NCBI GenBank assembly: GCA_964016885.1
Contig: OZ024742.1
Coordinates: 343,294,001-343,358,000, forward strand
Reading direction: 5' to 3'
Source of the DNA: Eledone cirrhosa
Lineage: Eukaryota
Length of the DNA: 64,000 nucleotides
Shown: positions 50,999 through 61,639 of the stretch, one piece after another
Numbering within the stretch: position 1 is the stretch's first letter
Layout: each line of letters starts with the position of its first letter
Notes under the pieces: model-generated
What the model was told of the DNA's origin: nothing
The model's database searches: none
Seen by the model: the letters and a program-made list of their open reading frames with translations, nothing else
Translations under genes and position numbers: made by a program

Positions 50999-53900
50999 TC
51001 ATCATCATCATCATCATCAACGTTTAACGTCCGTGTTCCACGCTTGCATGGGTTTGGACGGGGGTAGTCCCACTTGAGGCAAGAGTGATTGTCTTGCTCG
51101 CATAGGACTGTCTGGCAGGTTTTCTACAGTTGGATGCCCTTCCTAACACCAACCACATTTACAGTGTGGGTCTGGGAGGTTTTTACCGTGTTGCCTACAC
51201 GGCCACATTACAGCGTGGACTGTGTGTTTTTTTGTCGTGACACCTACACGATCTCATTTGTTTCGGCCTCGCTGGCCAACATAACTTTACATAGAACGGG
51301 GTGGTGTGGATGGGGTGGGGGTGGTGGTGGTGGGACGGGGTGTATTTTGTTAGAGATGCCTACTGGCTGGAGTAGGTTTTACTATATATTTAGGTAAGGC
51401 GGGTCTTCTCTGTTACTGAGTACCGCCAAAAGTCTCGGTCCAGTGACATTGTCTTGGAGAGGTGTAAGTGTGTGATGTCGGAGTTTATCAGCTCGTCCCA
51501 GGTTTTTCTAGGTCTGCCTATTCCGTGACTACCGTCTATCTTTATTGCCCTGCACTTTGTTATACAGCTATCGACTTTCATGCGCGTCACGTGTCCATAC
51601 CAACGTAGCCTTCTCTCGAGTAAACAACATCTGATCCCTCTTATCTCTAATTTTTTCCTTAGTTCGTTTATGCTTTGCCGTTCACGTATATTACTGTTAC
51701 ACATCCAGCGGAGCATGCAAGCTTCGTTCCTCTCTAGTCTGCGTATATCCTCTGCACACAATGCCCAGGTCTCACTGCCATGCAGCATTGCTGTTCGTAT
51801 GCAGGCATCGTACAACCTGCCTTTCATTTTTAGGGAGAACCCTTTAGCAGCTAATAGTGGTATAAGCTCTCTGAACTTTTTCCAACCAGTTCTGACTCTA
51901 GCTACAGTACTTTCAGAGCACCCTCCCCCACTGCTGATTTTATCGCCCAGGTAACGGAAGCTGTCCACTATTTCTATAGAACCCTCTGCGCAATTGAAAG
52001 AGCTAGTATTTTGTGGGCACTTGCTGCTACTTATTGCACCAGAGCACCGGCCACATGTAAAATCTATGTTCTTAGTTAGCTTACCTGTGATCCCACTACA
52101 TCTTTTATGCACCCATACTTTACATTTAGGACATAAAATGGAGTTTCTACCTACGCCTTTCCTACACACCGAGCACGACCATTTCCCAGAAGGGACCGCC
52201 GCCTTGTTTTCTTTCCTACAAACTAGTACTTTGGTCTTAGCCAGGTTAATTTTAAGTCCTTTTGACTCTAGGCCGTGCTTCCATGTTTGGAATTTCTTCT
52301 CTAGCTCGGCCATTGATTCTGCTATGAGTGTCAGGTCGTCTGCGTATAGGAGTTCCCATGGGCAGCCTGTCTTGAACTCCTCTGTTATAGCCTGAAGGGC
52401 AATAATAAATAGTAGTGGGCTGAGAACAGAGCCCTGATGGACGCCAACTTTTACGCTAAACTCTTCAGTATATTCGTTGTTAATTCTAACCTTGCTGACT
52501 GTTTCTTTATACATGGCTTGTATAGCCCTCACAAGCCATTCGTCAACGCCTAGTTTTCTAAGAGCCCACCAGATAATGGAGCGGGGGACTCTGTCGAAGG
52601 CTTTCTCCAAGTCGACAAAAGCTAAGTAGAGGGGTTTACCTTTAGCTAGGTACTTCTCCTGTAGTTGTCGTACTATGAAAAGAGCGTCTGTGGTACTTTT
52701 GCCTGACACAAACCCGAACTGCATTTCATCTAGGTCAATTCTCTCTCTGATTAGTTGCGCTATTACTTTTTCCGTGACCTTCATGACCTGGTCGATTAAT
52801 TTAATGCCTCTATAGTTACTCCTATCTAGGGCGTCTCCTTTACCCTTATAACAGTTAATGATGATGCTGCTATGCCAGTCCTTCGGAACAACCCCATTCT
52901 GTACGACTTGGTTAACTATGCGGGTGACCATGGTGTGTCCCACCGTGCCAGATGCCTTCAGCATCTCAGCAACTATTTCCGAAGGCCCAGCCGCCTTACC
53001 CGTCTTCATATCCTTGATTGCCTTACTTATTATACTCCCCTCGACTAACACTGCTGGTCCCTCTATTGGGTCGATATGGGGGAGACTGTCTTTCTCCCAT
53101 TTATTCTCCTCATTTAGTAGCCTTTCATAGTGACACTTCCAAGCTACCTTCTTATCAGCGTCGGTGATGGCAAGTGTGCCATCGTCGTTTAGTACACACT
53201 TCTCCCCGACAATATCACGGTTTTCCTTGACGCATTGCCTAGCAATCCTGAACACCTCACGTTTTTGGTCATCGCGTTGTAGAACATGCTTGAACTTTCT
53301 TTCCTCAGCTTCCCTTCTTGCTAAGTACACTTGTCTCCTAGCTTCCCTCCTGGCCACTTGATAGTCTTCTCTACTTCCCCCATCCCGCCATACTTTCCAA
53401 GCCTGCTTTTTGGCCTTAATTGACCCCTCCACCTTACTGTTCCACCACCATGTTACTCTCCTCCTGCCTACAGGCCTGCTCCAGCCACAGACTTCGTCTG
53501 TCGCCAACAGCAGGTTTGCTTTCAGAAATTCCCACTCTCCCTCTATATTGTCCGACTCTAAATGTTCTTCCTTACTGTCGAAAGCATCAAGTAATATGCT
53601 TTGAAATTTATTCCTGGCTGTGGGGTCCTTTAGCTTCCATATTTTTCTCCTGAGGATAGTCCTCTTCTGCTGTCGAGTACGTCTCGTCCTGACTATGAGG
53701 TCGCTAATTGTCAGTCTATGTTGGGAGGTGCATTCTTCATGGGGGAGGGATTTAGTGTTTACAACAGACACTCTGTCACGTCTTCTGGTAAGGATATAAT
53801 CTACCTGGCTTGTGTGTTCCCCGGATCTATAGGTGATCAGGTGATTGTCACGTTTTTTGAAGTTAGTGTTACAGATAGTTAGGTTATTTGCATCACAGAA

Positions 53901-54218
53901 TTCCAGGATTCTGGAGCCTTCCTCATTTCTAGTACCAAACCCATAGCCTCCATGGATTTCGTCGTAGCCGTCACAATGTTGTCCAACGTGACCATTTAGG
54001 TCGCCTGTGATAATTATATAGTCACTGTCGGATATTTGGGAGGTAGTTAGCATCAGTGTCTCATAGAATCTGTCTTTTATAGTGCCGGGCAGCCCGGATT
54101 GGGGTGCGTACGCAGATATTACTGTCACCGTAGTTCTATTGAGGACAAGTCGTATTTTAATTATTCTGTCGTTCACTCTATTTACGTCTATTATCTTATC
54201 TGCCCACTTTTCTGCTAC
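50999..54218 (-). mobile_element. RTE-A copy 3, 5'-truncated, uninterrupted reading frame
   Basis: 928-aa ORF; (CAT)n tail; (TA)n at the truncation point. Confidence 0.96.
51390..54176 (-). CDS. RTE-A APE(partial)-RT-PHD polyprotein, 928 aa
   Basis: All RT motifs including YADD are intact; the N-terminal part of APE is missing. Confidence 0.88.
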   Translation of the reverse strand: MNDRIIKIRLVLNRTTVTVISAYAPQSGLPGTIKDRFYETLMLTTSQISDSDYIIITGDLNGHVGQHCDGYDEIHGGYGFGTRNEEGSRILEFCDANNLTICNTNFKKRDNHLITYRSGEHTSQVDYILTRRRDRVSVVNTKSLPHEECTSQHRLTISDLIVRTRRTRQQKRTILRRKIWKLKDPTARNKFQSILLDAFDSKEEHLESDNIEGEWEFLKANLLLATDEVCGWSRPVGRRRVTWWWNSKVEGSIKAKKQAWKVWRDGGSREDYQVARREARRQVYLARREAEERKFKHVLQRDDQKREVFRIARQCVKENRDIVGEKCVLNDDGTLAITDADKKVAWKCHYERLLNEENKWEKDSLPHIDPIEGPAVLVEGSIISKAIKDMKTGKAAGPSEIVAEMLKASGTVGHTMVTRIVNQVVQNGVVPKDWHSSIIINCYKGKGDALDRSNYRGIKLIDQVMKVTEKVIAQLIRERIDLDEMQFGFVSGKSTTDALFIVRQLQEKYLAKGKPLYLAFVDLEKAFDRVPRSIIWWALRKLGVDEWLVRAIQAMYKETVSKVRINNEYTEEFSVKVGVHQGSVLSPLLFIIALQAITEEFKTGCPWELLYADDLTLIAESMAELEKKFQTWKHGLESKGLKINLAKTKVLVCRKENKAAVPSGKWSCSVCRKGVGRNSILCPKCKVWVHKRCSGITGKLTKNIDFTCGRCSGAISSSKCPQNTSSFNCAEGSIEIVDSFRYLGDKISSGGGCSESTVARVRTGWKKFRELIPLLAAKGFSLKMKGRLYDACIRTAMLHGSETWALCAEDIRRLERNEACMLRWMCNSNIRERQSINELRKKLEIRGIRCCLLERRLRWYGHVTRMKVDSCITKCRAIKIDGSHGIGRPRKTWDELINSDITHLHLSKTMSLDRDFWRYSVTEKTRLT

Positions 54219-54316
54219 TATATATATATATATATTATGTATATGGTTAATTATGCTAATTAGAAGAAGAAATAGTATATATTTTAATATCTGATTGATT
54301 CTATAGACATGATTTA

Positions 54317-54346
<30 letters not shown>

Positions 54347-54353
<7 letters not shown>

Positions 54354-54594
54354 ATATTAACAAATGGAAACTATATTTATAAAACCATATTTATTTCATT
54401 ATACATATTTCAAGGACACCAAAGCCATGGTCGCATTCTTTTAAGGGTATGTCAATATTTGTTTATAAAACTAATCTATATTATATTTTTATCTGATGAA
54501 AGCACACCATAATTTGCTTTGGTGTCCTCGAAATATGTATAATGAAATAAATATGGTTTTATAAATATAGTTTCCATTTGTTAATATATTGTAT
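54347..54594. repeat. ~79-bp inverted repeat overlapping a hammerhead motif (Penelope pLTR-like relic)
   Basis: 54347-54425 is the reverse complement of 54516-54594. Confidence 0.85.
54487..54547 (+). ncRNA. Minimal type I hammerhead ribozyme motif, slightly degenerate
   Basis: UUUUAU-CUGAUGA-AAGCACACCA..UGGUGUCCUC-GAAA-U-AUGU-A-UA^AUGAAA; the stem II closing pair is an A.C mismatch. Confidence 0.62.
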
Positions 54595-54825
54595 TTTTAC
54601 TCCAAAAATTTGTTGAGTGCTTTATATCAGTTAAAAAAATATTTGCTTGTTGTATCCCAACAAATTAAATATAACTTCTACACACATATATATATGTGTA
54701 TGTATGTATGTATGTATATATATGTATGTATATGTATATATATATGTATGTATGTATATATATATGTATGTATGTATATATGTATGTATGTATGTATATA
54801 TATATATGTATGTATGTATAGACAA

Positions 54826-55452
54826 GGATGCCATTTTATAAATCCTAGAATTTTTGGCCAAAATTAAACAAACAAGATTGTTATTTTAGAAAAACAAATG
54901 GGGCATTTTACGAGAGGCTTTAAATGAAATCTTCGAATTTTGGGCATAATTGGACAAGTATATAACAGTAATAATAAGCGAATAATGGGGTTTTAAAATA
55001 CAAGAAGATTATTTAGAAACAACCAGACAGAATTATAGGATAGCATTGAGAGAGAGCAAAAGATTGGATTCTGGGCGATGATACGGATATATGAATGAAT
55101 GGGTCGATAGGCTGGAGAAAGATAAGAAAAATGGCATTTACATTACACTTCGCAGGGGACGACGAGGTCTGACCATTAATAAGCATTGACAAATTCTGAG
55201 ATTCGTACCTCGTAACAGATTTATTTATATTTGGTGAGAGAAGGGAGTGATTGAAAGGGTGAACTAGCCGGTGCGTAATACGATACAGTGGGGGGGGGGG
55301 GGGGGGGTAAAGATTGAGAGGGACAAGGAGGCCATTTTATAAATCCTAGAATTTTTCGGCCAAAATTAAACAAACAAGATTGTTATTTTAGAAAAACAAA
55401 TGGGGCATTTTACGAGAGGCTTTAAATGAATTCTTCGAATTTGGGGCATAAT
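54826..55452 (-). repeat. Orphan ~505-bp-period monomer, probably the 5' region of another RTE subfamily
   Basis: ~54830-54950 is repeated at ~55330-55452; shares short blocks (aaagattgga, aagaaaaatg..tacattaca) with the RTE-A 5' monomer. Confidence 0.5.
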
Positions 55453-55461
55453 TAACTTTAC

Positions 55462-55826
55462 CCACAGCAGTTGGAAGCAAGAGGACTGAGAGTGAACCTA
55501 GCTAAGACAAAAGTGTTGATGAGTAGAAAAGAGGACAAAACTCTGATTCCGCCAGGGAAATGGCCATGTTCGATATGCAGAAAAGGAACTGGCATAAATT
55601 CTATAAAATGCACACAATGCAGATCCTGAACACAAGAGATGTAGCAGGATAGCAGGCAAACTAACAGGTAGGGAGAAGTATGTATGCAGTAGATGTACAG
55701 GGAAATTAGACAGTAGAAGTCGCATTGATAGACACATTTTTCAAATGCAGGAGCGCGCTATAGAAGTGGTGGATATTTTCCGGTACCTAGGAGATCAGAT
55801 TAGCATGGGAGGAGGGTGTTCCGAGG
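55462..55826 (+). mobile_element. RTE-C fragment covering the PHD region
   Basis: GLRVNLAKTKVL...GKWPCSICRKG...CSRC...FRYLGDQIS; homologous to ~18290-18640(-). Confidence 0.82.
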
Positions 55827-57420
55827 CAGCCGGTCTTGAACTCCACTGTTATAGCCTGAAGGGCAATAATAAATAGTAGGGGGCTAAGAACGGAGCCCTG
55901 ATGAACACCAACTTTTACGCTAAAATCTTCACTATATTCATTGTTAATTCTAACCTTGCTGACTGTTTCTTTATACATGGCTTGTATAGCTCTCACAAGC
56001 CATTCATCAACACCTAGTTTTCTAAGAGCCCACCAGATAATGGAGCGGGGGACTCTGTCAAAGGCTTTCTCCAAGTCGACAAAAGCTAAGTATAGGGGTT
56101 TACTTTTAGCTAGGTACTTCTCCTGTAGTTGTCGTGCAATGAAAAGAGCGTCTGTGGTACTTTTGCCTGACACAAACCCGAACTGCATTTCATCTAGATC
56201 AATTCTCTCTCTGATTAGTTGCGCTATTACTTTTTCTGTGACCTTCATGACCTGGTCGATTAATTTAATGCCTCTATAGTTACCCATATCTAGGGCATCT
56301 CCTTTACCCTTGTAGTAGTTAATGATGATGCTGCTACGCCAGTCCTTCAGAACAACCCCATTCTGTATGACTTGGTTTACTATCCGGGTGACCATAGTGT
56401 GTCCCAACGTTCCAGATGCTGTCAGTATTTCAGCAACTATTTCCGAAGGCCCAGCCGCCTTACCCATCTTCATATCTTTGATTGCCTTACTTATTATACT
56501 ACCTTCAACTTGCACTGCTGGTCCCTCTATTGGGTCGATGTGGAGGGAGACTGTCTTTCTCCCAATTAGTCTCCTCATTTAGTAGCTTTTCGTAGTGACA
56601 CTTCCAAGCTACCTTCTTATCAGCGTCAGTGATGGCAAGTACACCATCATCATTAAGGACACACTTCTCCCCAACAATATCACGGTTTTCCTTGACACAT
56701 TGCCTAGCAATCCTAAACACCTCACGTTTTTGGTCCTCGCGTTGTAGAACATGCTTGAACTTTCTTTCCTCTGCTTACCATCTTGCGAAGTACACTTGTC
56801 TCCTAGCTTCCCTCCTGGCCACTTGATAGTCTTCTCTACTTTCCCCATCCTGCCATACTTTCCAAGCCTGCTTTTTGGCCTTAATTGACTCCTCCACCTT
56901 ACTGTTCCACCACCACGTTACTCTCCTCCTGCCTATAGGCCTGCTCCAGCTGCAGACTTCATCTGTCACCGTCAGCAGGTTTGCTTTCAGGAATTCCCAC
57001 TGTTCCTCTATATTGTACGACTCTAATTGCTCTTCCTTACTGTCGAAAGCATCAAGTAATATGCTTTGAAATTTATTACTGGCTGTGGGGTCCTTTAGCT
57101 TCCATATTTTTCTCCTGAAGATACTCCTCTTCTGTTGTCGAGAACGTCTCGTCCTGACTATGAGGTCGCTAATTATGAGTCTATGTTGAGAGGTGCATTC
57201 TTCATGGGGGAGGGATTTAGTGTTTACAACAGACACTCTGTCACGTCTTCTGGTAAGGAAATAATCTACCTGGCTGGTATGTTCCCCTGATCTGTAGGTG
57301 ATCAGGTGATTGTCACGTTTTTTGAAGTTAGTGTTACAGATAGTTAGGTTATTTGCGTCACAGAATTCCAGGATTCTGGAGCCTTCCTCATTTCTAGGAC
57401 CAAACCCATAGCCTCCATGG
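55824..57420 (-). mobile_element. Internal fragment of an RTE-A-related copy (both ends missing)
   Basis: ORFs 56775..57236, 56505..56720 and 55787..56578. Confidence 0.9.
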
Positions 57421-58115
57421 TTGGTTGAGCATGTCTAACGACTTCTATTTGGCTCTATCCAAAGCATCAATTGTTTTGCTATTTTTAAAAATGATGTAAA
57501 TAGCATTTTCTAGGGTTTTTATACTCCTAAGAATTATTATTGTTCAATTAGCTTGGGTTGGAATTTATCAATAAAATTCTTTTCTTTGATTTTTCTCTTG
57601 ATTTCACTTGGCCTGTGTAATTTGTAGAATGGAAATATTATAAATATTTTCTGACCACATGTTGCTAGATGGTTACTCAGGGGTATCTGACGGACATTTG
57701 GGTCTCTGATTTGCTGTCGGTGCAACCATGCACGTTCCGATAGTGCATTTCCTGTTTGACCGACATATAGTTCTTCACAATTCGGGCATTTAATGCAGTA
57801 AATTAGATTTCTGCTTTTGCAGTTCATATTTGCATTTGGGAATATTTTTCAAAATTCCAACCCAAGCTAAATGAACAATAATAATTCTCAGGGGTATAAA
57901 AACCCTAGAAAATGCTATTTTCATCATTTCTAAAAATGGCAAAACAATTGATGCTTTGAATAGGGCCAAATAGAAGTCGTTAGACATGCCCAACCAACCG
58001 TGATGCCTAAACCAATCAGCTTCAGTAATCCAGTGAAACTACACACCGATTGGTCGAAATACAGTTTGCAAAATTTAGCATTCTGTAGCTGCTTTTCACT
58101 GTATATAAGGCACAA
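57418..58115 (-). mobile_element. Penelope-like element fragment: GIY-YIG endonuclease with inverted partial duplication
   Basis: ORF 57537..57827 LIYCIKCPNCEELYVGQT...ER..H....R...H (GIY-YIG with CCHH); ~57418-57565 is inverted at ~57852-57999. Confidence 0.85.
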
Positions 58116-58119
58116 AATC

Positions 58120-58542
58120 CTCACTACAACACTCCACACTACTCCTCACTACAACACACTACACTACAACATACCACACTACCCTACACCACATAAGAAC
58201 ACACCACACTGCTCCACATAAAAACACACCACACTACTCCAGACCACATAACACCACAACACAACACACCACATCACTCCACATAAGAACACACCACACT
58301 GCTCCACATAAGAACACACCACACTACTCCACACTACATAACACCACAACACAACACACCACTCCTCACTACAACACAACACACCACTCCTCACAACACA
58401 CCACACTACTCCACATAAAAACACACCACACTACGGCACACCGCATAACACCACAACACAACACACCACACCTCACTACATCACACCACATAAAAACACA
58501 CCTCATTACATCACACCACACTACTCCACACCACATAACACC
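58120..58542. repeat. (CACCA/CACTA)n degenerate pentanucleotide array
   Basis: Direct inspection; similar arrays at 59710-60135 and 61350-61560. Confidence 0.9.
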
Positions 58543-58969
58543 CAAAATGTTTTCCTCATCTTTTTTTCATGTGTTATCAACTAATCCGAACTCCAAGATG
58601 TTTGTTATTGACACTCTCTTCATGGAAAACTTAGGTGGATGCACTTCTCTCATTTAACCCCAGAGTTTTCTCTAAGATTTTTCGTATGTTATCAACGAAT
58701 ATGACCTCCAAACCAGTTGGAAATGATTAGTTGTTCTAGGAAAAAGGAGGGGTAAAGCAGGTGGAAAAACCATTGTCGTTTTGTAGATGTATACCCTAAT
58801 GATTTTTCTTCGGTCTCCTTTTGAGTGCTATCAACTAATCTGACCTTTTAGTTGCTCTGAATCAATTTTTTTTCCTGGGATTTGGAAACTAAAACTAAAT
58901 TAAACATAAAATTAAATCTAGCCCCAACCCTAAACTCTAAATCTAAACCAAACCATGCTAAATCTAAAT

Positions 58970-59308
58970 ATAAACATTACCCCAACCCTTAAACTAAACC
59001 CTAAACTATACCCCAACCATAAAACTAAACCCTAAACATTACCCCAACCCTAAAACTAAACCCTAAACTTTACTCCAAACCTAAAACTAAACCCTAAACG
59101 TTACCCAAACCTAAAACTAAACCCTAAACTTTACCACAACCCTAAAACTAGACCCTAAACATTACCCCAAACCTAAAACTAAACCCTAAACTTTACCCCA
59201 AACCTAAAACTAAACCCTAAACTTTACCCCAACCCTAAAACTAGACCCTAAACATTACCCCAACCCTAAAACTAAACCCTAAACATTACCCCAACCCTAA
59301 ACCTAACC
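58970..59308. repeat. 31-bp telomere-like minisatellite, ~11 units
   Basis: accccaaccctaaaactaaaccctaaacatt repeated. Confidence 0.9.
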
Positions 59309-61016
59309 CAGGGAAATAAGTTGGTTGGAAGCATCTAGGGGGTCCGATTAATTAATAGCACAGTAAATAGCATAGGAAATAGCATAGGAAATAGCGCAGG
59401 AAATAGCACAGGAAATATACCGAAAATGATTAAGTCCCACAACATGTGAGTGGGGTGTAGATCTGCAAAACTCTCCCCCTCTCCCTCTCCTCTTTCTCCA
59501 AAGCTATTTGTTTTTGATTGGTTTGGAAGTCATATTCACTGATAATGCATGAAAATAGAATCAAAGAGAAAATTCCGAGTAAGCAGGGATTATCCGGGTG
59601 AAGGGGAAACCACCTCACCCCGCCGTTTTCCTGGGGGGGAAAATTCAGTTTCAAGCATCTTGGAGATTGGATTAGTTGATAGCACATGATAAATATGATG
59701 AAAAAATTTCACATCACATCACACCACACCACATCACACCATATCTCACCACATCACACCACACCACATCACACCATATCACATCACGTTTCGTCTCGCC
59801 TCGCCTCGCCTCATTTCACCACGCCACGCCACATTTCATCACATCACATTACATTTCACCACGCCATGCCACATTTCATCACATCACATCACATTTCACC
59901 ACGCCATGCCATATCACATCACATCACATGCCATCACACCACATGCTACCACACTACATCCCACCACACTCCACTACACCATATCCCCACCTACATTGAA
60001 CCACACTCCACTCCACTACACCACACTACTGTCCACTACACTAAACCACACTCCACTACACTACACCACACCACTGTCCACTACACTAAACCACACTACA
60101 CTACACCACGCAACACTACACCACACCACACCACTGTCTATTCGACTGTTTTCTATTTCATAGGTATGTCCAGTTACAGTAAGAGAAAGAAAGTTATTTC
60201 AAAAGATCTAAGTAAACACTTCATTGGCCATCATTTTAAGCAGAATCTCAGTGTAGTTTTAAATTGACCTTTTCATATGTTTACACCTCAGTCTTAACTT
60301 AATCACCTGTAGATGGATGATACATGTAATGTTAAAATTAGTTAAACACTGTTTCCCCCTTCTCATCACATGTGGATGCTACATGTGTATTGTTAACATT
60401 AATCTAACACTGTCCCCCCCCCTCTCCCCCGCCTAATCATATCATACCACACCACATCACACCATGTTGTACCACACCAGACCACATAACACCATGCTAT
60501 ACCATATATATATATATATATGAGCTCCCCACTCGTTATATTAACTGTATCTCCTCGGTGTTTCGTGAAAGTCTGAGAGATCAGATATATATTTGTTTAC
60601 AATTTTTTTTTATATTTAGATGGAAAAGAAGAAAAAGACGACGAAGCAGACGACTAAAATGACAACAAAGACAAAGAAGACACGGGAAACGAAGATGACG
60701 AAAAGAAGAAAAAAGTATGATCTCAGTTCAGTCTAAACCTAATGATTTATAGATATGATCTTAGTTCAGCCTTAACCTAATGACCTGTAGAAACGATCTA
60801 TTTTGGTTTAACTTAAACATTCAAAGATATTTGTATATACTTTTGTTGATGTTTGACATTGTTTTTTAGTTATGAAATAGCTTATAAGCTACATTATAGG
60901 ATCACAGTGCATGAGCACACTGCTCTTTAAATTAACTTTATCTCCTCAGCACTTTGTAAAGTCTGAGAGATAGGCAACATCTATGTTTTATATTCTTTGT
61001 TTTTGGTATTTAGATG

Positions 61017-61160
61017 GCAGAGGAGAAGTCAAAGGCATAGAAGAAGTCAAAGGCACAGAAGAAGTCAAAAGCACAGAAGAAGTCAAAAGCACAGAAGAAG
61101 TCAAGGGCACAGAAGAAGTCAAAGGCACAGAAGAAAACAAAGGCACAGAAGAAGACAAAG
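61017..61160 (+). repeat. 18-bp tandem repeat (gcacagaagaagtcaaag)
   Basis: ~7 units. Confidence 0.85.
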
Positions 61161-61639
61161 AAAATGAACAAGAAGAACAATTATTATTACTATTATTATT
61201 GTTATTATTATATCCCGCCGAGGTTAACTTTGCCTTTCATCCTTACGGGGTCAATAAAATAAAGTACCAGTAATGAACTGGTTAATTGCTGGCCTTGTGC
61301 CTAAAGTAGAAACAATTATTGTTATTATTATTTGTATTATAATCAAACTAAGCCCCACTACATCAACCTATACCATACCATGCCACACCACACTGACAAA
61401 CATTATACGATACCACATTATCCAACACCACACTACGAAACACTGTACGACCTCACATCAGACCATGCTATGAAACAATATACCATACTACACTATACAA
61501 CAATAGACAACACCACACAAGACTATGAAACACTATAGTTTACCACACTATATCACACCACTCAAGTTAGAGAGGATCAACTTTTTTCCTGGAAAGTAGA
61601 AAACCTAACTTTAAGCTAAAACCGAACTTTAAAAATAAC

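Noticed and set aside
57995-58070. Possible hammerhead in the Penelope 3' region (accaatc...gattggtcGAAA)
   Set aside because: No CUGANGA core in register; CCAAT-like boxes and tatataagg at ~58102 fit a promoter better
58970-59308. True or interstitial telomere
   Set aside because: The unit is a 31-bp composite, not tandem TTAGGG, and it is enclosed by inverted repeats
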